From positions 16,662 through 80,661 of the forward strand of contig DASWVY010000036.1 of NCBI GenBank assembly GCA_036401075.1: a stretch of DNA of 64,000 bases, read 5' to 3'. The first letter of the stretch is position 1. Every line of letters begins with the position of its first letter. The position numbers were made by a program, and so were the translations under genes. The notes below the pieces were generated by a model. That model did no database searches. It was not told the origin of the DNA and worked only from the letters and a program-made list of their open reading frames with translations. This document shows positions 47,608 through 56,820 of this stretch, one piece after another. This stretch comes from Opitutaceae bacterium (GTDB taxonomy: Bacteria; Verrucomicrobiota; Verrucomicrobiia; Opitutales; Opitutaceae).

Positions 47608-49551
47608 CTACTTCCGCCCCTTGCGGGGGGTCTTCGGCTCGATGTTGAGGTAGGTCTTCGAGAGCATCTGGCTCTCGTAGAACTCGACCAGGCGGACGCC
47701 TTCGCGCGGCTTGACCAAATCTTTGCGGGTGGCCGCGTCGATCTGCGCCTTCATCTTGCGGCAAAGTTCCTCCCACTGGTACTGCACGCCCTCGATGACA
47801 TCCGAGATGCGGCTGCCGCTCAGCGCCTCTTCAATGTAGAAGCCGTTGGGCTCGTCGGGCTCGAGGAAGACGTGCACCTCATTCACGCGGCCGAACAGGT
47901 TGTGCAGGTCGCCCATGATGTCCTGGTACGCGCCCGTCAGGTAGATGCCGAGGTAGTACGGCTTGTTGTTGAGCGGGTGGACGGTGAGGTAGTCCTTGGT
48001 GTCCTGGAGGTCGACGAAGCTGCTGACCTTGCCGTCGGAGTCGCAGGTGATGTCGGCGAGGATTGCGTTGACGGTCGGACGCTCCTTGAGGCGGTGGAGC
48101 GGGGTGATCGGGAAGAGCTGCTTGAGCGCCCAGTGGTCGAGGAGGGACTGGAAGACGGAGAAATTGCAGACATACTGGTCGGCAAGGAGCCGGTTCAGGT
48201 CGCGCAGCTCCTCCGGGACGTAGCCGGCGTCGCGGCACTCCCGTGCGAGCTGCTCGCAGATCTGCCAGAAGATCGATTCGGCGGCGGCACGATTCTCGAG
48301 GTCGAGGTAGCCGAGGTTGAAGAGGGAGAACGACTCCTCCTTCTTCTGCATTGCGTCGTGGAAGCGTTCCAAGCGGCCGAGTTTGGCCTTGTTCTTGAGC
48401 ATCTGCTCGAGGTCGGTGACGACCTGGTGCTTCACCTTGGGCTGGTGCTGGACGCCGAGGGTCTCGCGCTTGTTGATGCGCTCGAAGACCTCGACCACGA
48501 GCATGGAGTGGGGCGCGACGACGGCGCGGCCGGACTCGCTCACGATGTCCGGGACGGCGACATTGGAGGCCTTGCAGATGTCGCGGATGTTGGCCACGAC
48601 GTCGCGGGCGTACTCCGCCATCGTGTAGTTCATCGAGCTCTCGAAGTTCGTGCGGGAGCCGTCGTAGTCGATGCCGAGGCCGCCGCCGACATCGAGGTAG
48701 CCCATGGGGAAGCCCATCTTGGCGAGCTGGCAGTAGAAGCGCGTCGCCTCGATCACCGCGTTCTTGATCGTGATGATGTTGGGGACCTGGGAGCCGATGT
48801 GGAAATGGACGAGACGCAGGCAGGAGCTGAGCTTGGCGGCGCGCAGCTTTTCGCAGGCAAAGAGGATCTCGGCCGTGTTGAGGCCGAACTTGGCGTTGTC
48901 GCCGGTGGACATGGCCCACTTGCCCTCGCCTCGGGTGAGGAGCTTGGCGCGGAAGCCGATCATGGGCTTCACGCCGGTTTCGGCGGAGATCTTGATGATG
49001 TCATCGACCTCGGCGAGCTGCTCGACGACGAGGATGATCTTCTTGCCGATCTTGCGGCCGAGGAGGGCCAGACGGATGTAGTCGTGATCCTTGTAGCCGT
49101 TGCAGATGATGAGCCGGTTGGCCCCCTCGTGCATGGCGAGGGCGATCATCAGCTCCGGCTTGGAGCCGGCCTCCAGGCCGTAGGTGTAGTCCTTGCCGGC
49201 GGTGACGATCTCGTCGACGACCTCGCGCAGCTGGTTGACCTTGATCGGGAAGACGCCGCGGTAGGAGCCCTTGTAGCCCTCGTCCTTGATCGCTTTCCGG
49301 AAGACCTCGTTGAGCTGGGTGACCCGGTGACGGAGCAGGTCCTGAAAGCGGATGACCATCGGGGCCTTGAGGCCCATGCCGAGCGCCTCATCCACGACAT
49401 CCATGATGCGGATGGACCGGCCATCGGCGAGGGGCTGGACGTTGACGAGGCCATCGGAGTCGACCCCGAAGTGACCCGCGCCCCAGCGCTTGAACCCATA
49501 GAGTTCTTCAGACTTTGCGGCTGACCAGGAAGAGGCAGATTTGCTTTTCAA
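47608..49551 (-). CDS. speA: biosynthetic arginine decarboxylase
   Basis: 647 aa with an apparent TTG start. SpeA-type PLP enzyme with FPIKVNQ (PLP lysine), GLEAGSKPEL and DITCDSDG. Confidence 0.93.
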   Translation of the reverse strand: MKSKSASSWSAAKSEELYGFKRWGAGHFGVDSDGLVNVQPLADGRSIRIMDVVDEALGMGLKAPMVIRFQDLLRHRVTQLNEVFRKAIKDEGYKGSYRGVFPIKVNQLREVVDEIVTAGKDYTYGLEAGSKPELMIALAMHEGANRLIICNGYKDHDYIRLALLGRKIGKKIILVVEQLAEVDDIIKISAETGVKPMIGFRAKLLTRGEGKWAMSTGDNAKFGLNTAEILFACEKLRAAKLSSCLRLVHFHIGSQVPNIITIKNAVIEATRFYCQLAKMGFPMGYLDVGGGLGIDYDGSRTNFESSMNYTMAEYARDVVANIRDICKASNVAVPDIVSESGRAVVAPHSMLVVEVFERINKRETLGVQHQPKVKHQVVTDLEQMLKNKAKLGRLERFHDAMQKKEESFSLFNLGYLDLENRAAAESIFWQICEQLARECRDAGYVPEELRDLNRLLADQYVCNFSVFQSLLDHWALKQLFPITPLHRLKERPTVNAILADITCDSDGKVSSFVDLQDTKDYLTVHPLNNKPYYLGIYLTGAYQDIMGDLHNLFGRVNEVHVFLEPDEPNGFYIEEALSGSRISDVIEGVQYQWEELCRKMKAQIDAATRKDLVKPREGVRLVEFYESQMLSKTYLNIEPKTPRKGRK

Positions 49552-49650
49552 AGCGGGTGGGGAAGCGGCGGGGTTATGGCTTGCTTTTTAAGTGGCGGAT
49601 TGGGTTGATGGGAGTTTCTTTTTCAAAAACCTCAACACGCAATTACGAAA

Positions 49651-49986
49651 ATGGCTCACCTTGCCGTCGTTCAGTCCCTCATCGCCCAGCAGTCGGCCCC
49701 ACCTCCGGGTGCCGGCATGACGCAGGTGCTGTTTTTGGGACTCATGTTCGCCGCGATGTATTTCCTGATGATTGCGCCGCAGCGTAAGAAGCAGAAGCAG
49801 CACGAGGCGATGCTGAAGGCGATCGCGGCCGGTGACGAAATCGTGACGGCGGGCGGCGTGTTCGGCCAGGTGGTCAGCGTGAAGGAGGACCGTCTGGTCG
49901 TCCGCATCGCCGAGAACACCCGCGTCGAACTGGGCCGCTCCTTTGTCTCGACCGTGACGAAGAAGGCCGACAGCGCGACGAAGTAA
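49651..49986 (+). CDS. yajC: preprotein translocase subunit YajC
   Basis: 111 aa. One TM, then the APQRKKQKQHEAMLKAI..GDEIVTAGGVFG pattern. Confidence 0.9.
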   Translation: MAHLAVVQSLIAQQSAPPPGAGMTQVLFLGLMFAAMYFLMIAPQRKKQKQHEAMLKAIAAGDEIVTAGGVFGQVVSVKEDRLVVRIAENTRVELGRSFVSTVTKKADSATK

Positions 49987-50088
49987 GTCCGCCCTGATCC
50001 CATTTACCCCGCCGAAACCCGCGTGTTCATCGACTGAACCGCGGCCGGCCCCGCGCTCCGGCGCCCCGTTCCTTTAACCCAAGTCAAC

Positions 50089-52644
50089 ATGCTTAAACGC
50101 AACCTCTGGAAGATGACCCTGAGCCTGGCCATTGTGGTCTGGGCGCTGGCGTCCCTTCTCCCCCTGCAAGATCGTCCCTTCGCCGACTACGTGACATCCG
50201 AGGTCGGGGCCAAGCCAGCCGAATTTGCCGCGCTCATGAAGGAGGCCGGCGACCGTGCGTCCTCCGGCCGCGCCCCCAGCGTCTTTGTGGCCCTCAAGCA
50301 GATCGGCCAGGAGCGCAAGATCGACCTCGCCCAGTACTTCCCCGAGATCCAGCTCGAGAGCTCGCTGCGCAACATCGAGCGCCGCAACGCCATCCTGCTC
50401 GATCACCTGCTCAAGCAGTCCAAGGGCCGCCTCCAACTCGGCCTCGACCTCAAGGGCGGCGTCGCCTTCACCCTCGAAGTTGACGAGCAGGCCATGACGG
50501 GCGAGACCGTCGAGTCCCGCCAGGAAAAGCTGGCCAAGGCCGTCGAGATCATCGGTACCCGCATCAACGGGCTTGGCGTTGCCGAGCCGCTGATCCGCCC
50601 GATCGGTGATAACCGCATCGAGGTCCAGCTCCCCGGCGTCAACACCAAGGACAATCCCGAGGTCGTCGACAGCGTCAAGAAGCCTGCCCGCCTCGATTTC
50701 CGTCTGGTTCACACCACGCTGTCCCCGGCCAATGTCGGTCCCGGTCAGGTTCCCCCCGGCTACGAAACGATGCTGCTCGAGAGCGAGAATCGCACGGGCG
50801 AGACCTACTCCCAGGAGCTTTTCGTCAAGCGCATCCCGGAGATGACCGGCGAGGCGATCTCCGACTCTTATCCGGTCATGGATGAGTACGGACGCTTCAA
50901 GATCATCCTCCAGTTCACCAGCGCCGGTTCCGCCCGCTTTGCCGAGGTCACCCGCACGATCGCCGAGGAGAACCGCCGCACCCAGCGCGTGGGTCAGCTC
51001 GCCATCGTCCTCGACGGCAAGCTCTACTCGGCCCCGACCGTGCAGCAGGAGATCAACAGCGACTCCGCCGAGATCAGCGGTTCCTTCTCGCAGCGCGAGG
51101 CCTTCGAACTCGCCAACGTCCTCAACAACCCTCTCGACCTGCCCCTGCGCATCCAGGAACAGTATGAGGTTGGCCCGTCGCTCGCCGCTGATGCGGTCGC
51201 CAGCGGCCGTCTCGCCTTCATCATCGGCACGGCGCTTACCGCGGTGTTCATCGTCTTCTTCTACACCACGGGTGGCCTGATGGCGGTCATCGCGATGGCG
51301 GCCAACGTCCTGATCATCCTCGGCGTCATGGCCAGCATCGGCGCGACGCTCTCCATGCCCGGCATCGCCGGCATCGTGCTCACGATCGGCATGTCGGTCG
51401 ACTCGAACATCCTGATCTTCGAGCGCATGCGTGAGGAACTGAAGCTCGGCAAGTCGCTCCCGACGGCCCTTGAGGCCGGTTTTGAGAAGGCGTTCTCCGC
51501 CATTCTTGACGGTAACCTTACGACCCTGATCACCGCGGGCATCATGATCGCCCTCGGCACCGGCCCGGTGAAGGGCTTCGGTGTCACGCTCGCGATCGGT
51601 ATCTTCTCCACGATGTTCGCCGCGCTCGTGATCAGCCGCTTCCTCCTCGACTGGATGATCAACGGCATGGGCGTCCAGAAGATCCGGATGTTCTCCATCC
51701 TCAACAACACGAACTACGACTTCCTGAAGTACGCCAAGCCGGCCTTCATCTTCTCGTGGATCATCGTTGCGGTCGGCATCGGTGCCACCGTCTACAAGGG
51801 CAAGGACATCTACGGTCTCGACTTCACGGGTGGCGACCAGGTTTCCCTGGCCTTCACCTCCAAGCTCGACCTCGCCGAGGTGCGCACGGTCGCGGCGTCC
51901 GCCGGTATCGAGGACTTGAGCCTCGCCTACACGCAGCAGATCGGCAGCGACCGTGAGGTCCTGCGCATCACCACGCCCTTCGACAAGGGGCAGGTGCTGG
52001 TGCAGGCCCTGCAGGCCGCGCATCCCGAGGCGGGGCTGACCCTCGCGGGCGGCTCGCGCATCGGTCCGAGCGTGGGCGCTGAGATCCAGGCCAACGCCGG
52101 CTGGGCCATCTTCTGGTCCCTGGTGCTGATCCTGGTCTACGTCGCGTTCCGTTTCGAGATGGGCTACGGCATCGGCGCGGTCGTCTCGACCGTTCACGAC
52201 GTCATCATGACCGTTGGCATCTTCGTCCTCTTTGATCGCCAGTTCAATGCCTCGATGGTCGCCGCCATTCTCCTCATCGTTGGTTACTCGATCAACGACA
52301 CGATCGTTGTGTTCGACCGCATCCGCGAGGAGTTGAAGCTCAACCCGACGGGCACGCTGAAAGACATCATCAACCGCTCGCTGAACCTGACGCTCTCGCG
52401 CACGATCATCACGGGCGGCACGACGTTCCTCACGGCCATCGTCCTTTGCTCCGTCGCGGGTGGTGAGGTTAACGACCTCGCCTTCACGCTCATCATCGGT
52501 GTCATCACCGGCACGTTCTCGTCCCTCTTCATCGCCAGCCCGGTGTTCTACTGGTGGCACAAGGGTGACCGTAAGCATGTCGAGAAGCATCACGATGTGG
52601 CCCCCACCTACGAGTGGACGGGCGCCAGCAAGGCTTCGCAGTAA
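50089..52644 (+). CDS. secDF: fused protein-export membrane protein SecDF
   Basis: 851 aa. SecD half (LGLDLKGGV, AEPLI.., 6 TM) followed by a SecF half (GLDFTGG.., second 6-TM block). Confidence 0.95.
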   Translation: MLKRNLWKMTLSLAIVVWALASLLPLQDRPFADYVTSEVGAKPAEFAALMKEAGDRASSGRAPSVFVALKQIGQERKIDLAQYFPEIQLESSLRNIERRNAILLDHLLKQSKGRLQLGLDLKGGVAFTLEVDEQAMTGETVESRQEKLAKAVEIIGTRINGLGVAEPLIRPIGDNRIEVQLPGVNTKDNPEVVDSVKKPARLDFRLVHTTLSPANVGPGQVPPGYETMLLESENRTGETYSQELFVKRIPEMTGEAISDSYPVMDEYGRFKIILQFTSAGSARFAEVTRTIAEENRRTQRVGQLAIVLDGKLYSAPTVQQEINSDSAEISGSFSQREAFELANVLNNPLDLPLRIQEQYEVGPSLAADAVASGRLAFIIGTALTAVFIVFFYTTGGLMAVIAMAANVLIILGVMASIGATLSMPGIAGIVLTIGMSVDSNILIFERMREELKLGKSLPTALEAGFEKAFSAILDGNLTTLITAGIMIALGTGPVKGFGVTLAIGIFSTMFAALVISRFLLDWMINGMGVQKIRMFSILNNTNYDFLKYAKPAFIFSWIIVAVGIGATVYKGKDIYGLDFTGGDQVSLAFTSKLDLAEVRTVAASAGIEDLSLAYTQQIGSDREVLRITTPFDKGQVLVQALQAAHPEAGLTLAGGSRIGPSVGAEIQANAGWAIFWSLVLILVYVAFRFEMGYGIGAVVSTVHDVIMTVGIFVLFDRQFNASMVAAILLIVGYSINDTIVVFDRIREELKLNPTGTLKDIINRSLNLTLSRTIITGGTTFLTAIVLCSVAGGEVNDLAFTLIIGVITGTFSSLFIASPVFYWWHKGDRKHVEKHHDVAPTYEWTGASKASQ

Positions 52645-52665
52645 TTTCCTTCGCACTGCACTGCG

Positions 52666-54387
52666 ATGCGCTGGACCTACACGCCGCTTCCGGCCGATGA
52701 GGTCGAAGCGCTGAGCCGCCGCGCCGGGGTCTCCCCGGTGCTGGCGGAGCTCCTGCTCCGCGCCGGTCAGGCGGAGCCGGAGACCGCCCAGCGTTTCCTC
52801 CGGCCGGCCCTGGCTGAGCTCAACGACCCTTTTCTCCTCGCCAACCTGGAGAAGGCTGTCGTGCGCCTGCGTGACGCCATTCATGAGCGTCAGGAGATCG
52901 TCGTGCTCGGTGACTACGATGTCGACGGGGTGAGCAGCACGGCGCTGCTCGTGAGCATCCTGCGCCGGTTCGGCCTGAACCCCCGCTTCGTGGTACCGCG
53001 GCGCATGGAGGATGGCTATGGGCTCTCGCGCAGCGCCATTGACCGCGCGCTGGAGCAGGGGCGGCCCCACCTCTTCATCGCCCTTGATTGCGGCACCAAT
53101 TCGCATGCGGAAGTCGCTTATCTGAAGAGCCTCGGCGTCGACGTGATGGTCATCGACCACCACCGCTCGAAGGAAAAGCCGCTGGAGGAGGGGATCTTGA
53201 TCAATCCCCATGTGCACATCGGTGACAACGACGGCGCGTGGCGCAACCTGTGCACGGTCGGCCTGGTGTTCAAACTCGCCCACGGCCTGGTCAAACAGCT
53301 GCGCACGGAGAACCACCCGGTGGCGTTTCGCGTCAAGCTGCGTGACTACCTCGATCTGGTCGCGCTCGGCACCGTGGCCGACCTCGTGCCCCTGACGGGG
53401 GAGAACCGCATCCTGGCCCGGTTTGGCCTGCGCATCCTGCAGGGGGCCGAGCGGCCGGGCGTGCGCGCGCTCATGCAGGTGGCTGGGGTGAAGCCGGAGC
53501 AGGACCTGATGCCAGTGGATATCTCCTTCCGCCTGGGGCCGCGCATCAATGCGAGCGGACGCCTGGCGGATGCCGCCTTGTCGGTGGAGCTCATGCTGAG
53601 CGACGACACGCAGTTCTGCGAGGACACGGCCCGTCAGCTCGATGCGTTCAATCGCGAGCGTCAGGACATCGAGCGTCAGATCACGGACGAGGCCGAGCGG
53701 TTGATTGAGACGCGCTTTTCGGAGTGGCCGGGCATCGTGCTCTTCGGTGAGAACTGGCATCCGGGCGTGGTCGGCATCGTGGCGGGGCGCGTCACGCGCA
53801 AGTACAACCGGCCGTGCGTTGTGCTCGGGAATGAGGGCGACATGGCCAAGGGCTCCGGTCGGAGCATCGACGGCATCAATCTGGTCGAGGTCCTCGGCAC
53901 CTGCTGTGAGCACCTCACGAGTTGGGGTGGGCATCCGATGGCGGTCGGCGTGGCCTTGCCGAAGGTTCACCTGGATACCTTCCGCGAGCGCTTTGCCGAG
54001 GCCGTGCGCCAGCATGCGGGCGGCGGGCTGGTTGAAGCCGAGCTGCCCATTGCCGCGTGGCTGACGAGCGATGAGTTGCGCGAGCGCCTGATGGAAGACC
54101 TTGAGGCCCTGCATCCCTTTGGACAGGGCAATCCCGAGCCCGTATTCGGCGTCCGGGCGGTCGTGCTCCGCCAGCGGCCCGAAGTGTTCAAGCAGACGCA
54201 TTTCCGCTTTCATCTGGATGATCAGCGCGGCCGCCGCCTGTTTGGCGTGGCGTGGAAGCTGGCGCACCGCCTGCCGCCCGCCGGCCAGCCGGTGGACCTC
54301 GCGGTCAAGCTGACATGGAATTACTTCAACGACCGCAAGCTCCTGCAACTGGAGCTGATTGACTGGCGCCTGACCCCGGCGGCCTGA
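52666..54387 (+). CDS. recJ: single-stranded-DNA-specific exonuclease RecJ
   Basis: 573 aa with DHH motifs VLGDYDVDGVSS, ALDCG, VIDHH and GGHPMAVG. Confidence 0.93.
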   Translation: MRWTYTPLPADEVEALSRRAGVSPVLAELLLRAGQAEPETAQRFLRPALAELNDPFLLANLEKAVVRLRDAIHERQEIVVLGDYDVDGVSSTALLVSILRRFGLNPRFVVPRRMEDGYGLSRSAIDRALEQGRPHLFIALDCGTNSHAEVAYLKSLGVDVMVIDHHRSKEKPLEEGILINPHVHIGDNDGAWRNLCTVGLVFKLAHGLVKQLRTENHPVAFRVKLRDYLDLVALGTVADLVPLTGENRILARFGLRILQGAERPGVRALMQVAGVKPEQDLMPVDISFRLGPRINASGRLADAALSVELMLSDDTQFCEDTARQLDAFNRERQDIERQITDEAERLIETRFSEWPGIVLFGENWHPGVVGIVAGRVTRKYNRPCVVLGNEGDMAKGSGRSIDGINLVEVLGTCCEHLTSWGGHPMAVGVALPKVHLDTFRERFAEAVRQHAGGGLVEAELPIAAWLTSDELRERLMEDLEALHPFGQGNPEPVFGVRAVVLRQRPEVFKQTHFRFHLDDQRGRRLFGVAWKLAHRLPPAGQPVDLAVKLTWNYFNDRKLLQLELIDWRLTPAA

Positions 54388-54472
54388 GGCAGGAAAAGGG
54401 TGGGGTAAGGACTCCGCGAAATTCCCGCTTGCACTCGGCCGGAAATGCCTGCTTTTTTCTCCCTCCTGTCAC

Positions 54473-54549
54473 GCAGCCGTAGCTCAATTGGATAGAGCAT
54501 CTGACTACGGATCAGAAGGTTTGGGGTTCGACTCCCTACGGCTGCGCCA
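54473..54549 (+). tRNA. tRNA-Arg (anticodon ACG), CCA encoded
   Basis: Manual cloverleaf. Acceptor GCAGCCG/CGGCTGC; D arm GCTC..GAGC; anticodon stem TCTGA/TCAGA with loop CTACGGA (U33, anticodon ACG); T arm TGGGG-TTCGACT-CCCTA; discriminator G plus CCA. Confidence 0.93.
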
Positions 54550-54557
54550 GAATTTAC

Positions 54558-54598
54558 AAGCCCGCTTCCCTTTGAGGAGGCGGGCTTTGTGCTTTTTT
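54558..54598 (+). terminator. intrinsic terminator after tRNA-Arg
   Basis: Stem AAGCCCGC / GCGGGCTT followed by TGTGCTTTTTT. Confidence 0.75.
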
Positions 54599-54739
54599 AG
54601 GTCCTGCTTGAAGCGGTTCGGCCAGTTTCTCTTCGTCGGTAGACGCGAGGCTCGGCCGCGCTTGGTTCTGAGGCTGATACGGCGCGTTTCCGCGCCGCAT
54701 TTGCAAACGGGCAATGGCCGGATTTGCCGGACTGAGCGG

Positions 54740-54795
54740 CCTCTTCGTTCTCGTTCTCAAATCGAGAACAACGAACGATGGAGAGAACGAGAAGG
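54740..54795. repeat. composite inverted repeat, family D copy 2 (tRNA-hpf spacer)
   Basis: CCTCTTCGTTCTCGTTCTC (54740-54758) against GAGAACAACGAACGATGGAGAGAACGAGAAGG (54764-54795). Same GAGAAC/GTTCTC units as copy 1. Confidence 0.8.
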
Positions 54796-54901
54796 AATCG
54801 AGGACATATCCCGCAGGTCTGTGCCGTGACCGCGCTCTCGGATGACGCTGTTTGGGATCTCATTTTTCGTATCGCCCGTGTGTCTCGTGGTACCCCGGTT
54901 T

Positions 54902-54930
54902 GTATTCGCGTTGATTCGCGTGATTTGCGG
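54902..54930 (+). repeat. short tandem repeat (GTATTCGCGT TGATTCGCGT GATTTGCGG)
   Basis: Three imperfect ~9-10-nt units. No complementary arm nearby. Confidence 0.6.
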
Positions 54931-54954
54931 GCGGTCATGACATCGCATGCCGGC

Positions 54955-54990
54955 ATAAAAAAGCCCGCCCCTCGGTCAAAGGGCGGGCTT
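54955..54990 (-). terminator. intrinsic terminator of hpf
   Basis: On the minus strand: AAGCCCGCCC-loop-GGGCGGGCTT followed by a T-run (the plus strand shows AAAAAAGCCCGCCC..GGGCGGGCTT). Lies about 30 nt downstream of the hpf stop. Confidence 0.8.
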
Positions 54991-55016
54991 AGGGGAATGA
55001 GTTCAGGGAATGGGCT

Positions 55017-55394
55017 TTAGATCGCCTTCGGCAGCGCGATGTCTTCGATCTCGATCGCGTGCGACTGCTTGCGCCGCACCTTGAAATAACGGGACCGACG
55101 GCGGAGCATGCGGTCGAGTTTGTCGACCAGCAGCGCGACGGCTTTGTGGCACTCATCGGAGGACTCGGTCGCGTTCATGTCGGGTCCGTGAATGGTGATG
55201 TGGCCTTTGGCAGTGAAGCGCTTGTCCACGGCCTGCTTCGGATCGCACTCCAATTCCACGCGGAGACGCACGATGCGCTCCTCGTGACGAAACAATCGCG
55301 ACGTTTTATCCACGACGAACTGCTTGAGGGAGGGAGTCAGTTCCAGGTGAATGCCCGACACGATCACATCGTTTGGATGGTTGTTATTATTCAT
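55017..55394 (-). CDS. hpf: ribosome hibernation promoting factor / RaiA family
   Basis: 125 aa from ATG 55394. SGIHLELTPSLKQFVVDKTSRL..GHITIHGPD..ATESSDECHKAVALLVDKLDRMLRR matches the sigma-54-modulation/HPF fold. The 237-aa ORF extension overlaps the divergent SDR gene and was rejected. Confidence 0.85.
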   Translation of the reverse strand: MNNNNHPNDVIVSGIHLELTPSLKQFVVDKTSRLFRHEERIVRLRVELECDPKQAVDKRFTAKGHITIHGPDMNATESSDECHKAVALLVDKLDRMLRRRSRYFKVRRKQSHAIEIEDIALPKAI

Positions 55395-55446
55395 GGATTT
55401 GGGTTCCTTTCGGTGTTGACCGAAAATTGGGTAGCGTCCCGCCCTC

Positions 55447-56259
55447 ATGGCCTCCGTCGAAAACATGCTCCAACGTTTCTCTGCCGTCGTAGTGACCGGC
55501 GGATCTTCCGGAATCGGAAAATCGTTCATTGAGCACATCGGGAGACTGCACCCGGCCGTGCGCATTTGCAACCTTTCGCGACGATCTCCGGAGCAGGCTT
55601 CATTGCAGCTTAAGCTGCGCCATGTCCCTTGCGATCTCTCCGACCGCGCCGCGCTCATGGCCGGGGTCGCCGAGGTATTAGCTTTTCTGAACGAAGAGGC
55701 TGCGCCTGGGCCCGTGCTTTTGATCAACAACAGCGGCTTCGGCGCGTACGGTCATTTTCCCGAGCCCTCCGTTGAGCAGCTGCAGGCCATGATCGACGTG
55801 AATGTGCACGCCGTGGTGACGTTGACGGCGGCGCTTCTTCCCGTGCTGCGCGCCCGCGGTGGTGCCATCGTGACCGTGGCGTCGACTGCGGCATTCCAGC
55901 CGACGGCCTACCTGGCAACGTATGGCGCCACGAAGGCCTTTGTCCTGCATTGGAGCCTGGCGCTGAATGAGGAATTGCGCGGTACCGGCGTTCGCGCCCT
56001 TGCGGTCTGTCCCGGACCGACGGCCACCGCCTTTTTCGCGCGCGCCGGGCTGGGGGAGGGGGCGGTCCCCGGGGGAACCGGACAGACAGCCGATGCCGTG
56101 GTGGCGGAGGCACTCCAGGCCTTGGCGAACGAACAGTCCCAAGTGATCACCGGCTGGCGAAACTGGCTGATGGCCAGCGCCAGTTCCGTGCTGCCGAAGC
56201 CGCTGTCGGCGTGGGTTGCCGCCCGGATCCTGGCGCGCTACCGGCTGAAGCGGCCGTGA
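55447..56259 (+). CDS. SDR-family oxidoreductase
   Basis: 270 aa with VTGGSSGIGKS (TGxxxGxG), NNSG and the catalytic YGATKAF (YxxxK). Confidence 0.88.
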   Translation: MASVENMLQRFSAVVVTGGSSGIGKSFIEHIGRLHPAVRICNLSRRSPEQASLQLKLRHVPCDLSDRAALMAGVAEVLAFLNEEAAPGPVLLINNSGFGAYGHFPEPSVEQLQAMIDVNVHAVVTLTAALLPVLRARGGAIVTVASTAAFQPTAYLATYGATKAFVLHWSLALNEELRGTGVRALAVCPGPTATAFFARAGLGEGAVPGGTGQTADAVVAEALQALANEQSQVITGWRNWLMASASSVLPKPLSAWVAARILARYRLKRP

Positions 56260-56820
56260 TGGTCCCGGGATAGACGGGATTCATCCCGGATGGATCCGAC
56301 GGTGGCGAATTCTGCGCACGGATTTTTGCGCCGGATGATTGATTGCAAGGCGGTTGCCGGGAACGGTGTGCCTCGGTGTGAAAAAAACTTCTGCATGACG
56401 GTTCGCAGGCGAACGCCCTGTCGGATGTATGCGGAAAAGTAATACGAATTTTCGTTTCTGGATGGCGATGGTTTATAGCGGATTGCGGATTTTGTAATTC
56501 ACCGGTGTCGCGGAGAAACGGATGCGCGGGCCCGGCTTGGCCCGTGATCCTGTCGGAAAGGTCATGACGCGGCCGGAAAAAAGTGGACCGCTTTGTGCAA
56601 GAGCGTGTGCGCGGCGACGACGATTCCCGTCTGAGCCGCTGCACTCGTATCAGGAAAATCACTTCAATCCCCAACCCGTGCCTAAGTTCCCGTGCGGAGG
56701 AATCGAAGGTTCGGGGACCGAGGGCGATGTCGTCGTCCTCTTGTTCGCACGCCTGAGCACCGCGGTCGTCGCACCTGCCGCGCAAGTCAGCCAACCAAAC
56801 CAACCCAACGAACCAGTGCT

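Noticed and set aside
50074-54348. A 1424-aa ORF on the minus strand, the longest ORF in the window. Similar long antisense ORFs occur at 7476-9992, 47578-49524, 1936-3762, 41244-42962, 4453-5934 and 11649-12857.
   Set aside because: They lie exactly antisense to genes with unambiguous homology (secDF/recJ, murC-murB, speA, murD, MFS, ftsW, ftsA). Their translations are Arg/Gly/Asp/His/Pro-rich low-complexity sequence with no motifs. This is the classic stop-codon-poor shadow-ORF effect of high-GC DNA.
54473-55016. A genomic island or prophage integration at tRNA-Arg.
   Set aside because: No integrase, recombinase or phage-like ORF is present. I could not find a direct repeat of the tRNA 3' end within the following 10 kb. 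The flanking genes are ordinary housekeeping genes.
56260-56820. A cobalamin or TPP riboswitch upstream of the TonB-dependent receptor.
   Set aside because: I could not locate the B12-box/GCCACTG-type core or the GGGGUGC...CUGAGA...ACCUGAUCUGGAUAAUGCC TPP core. Only an isolated CTGAG is present. The interval is kept as an unexplained long leader, not called as a riboswitch.
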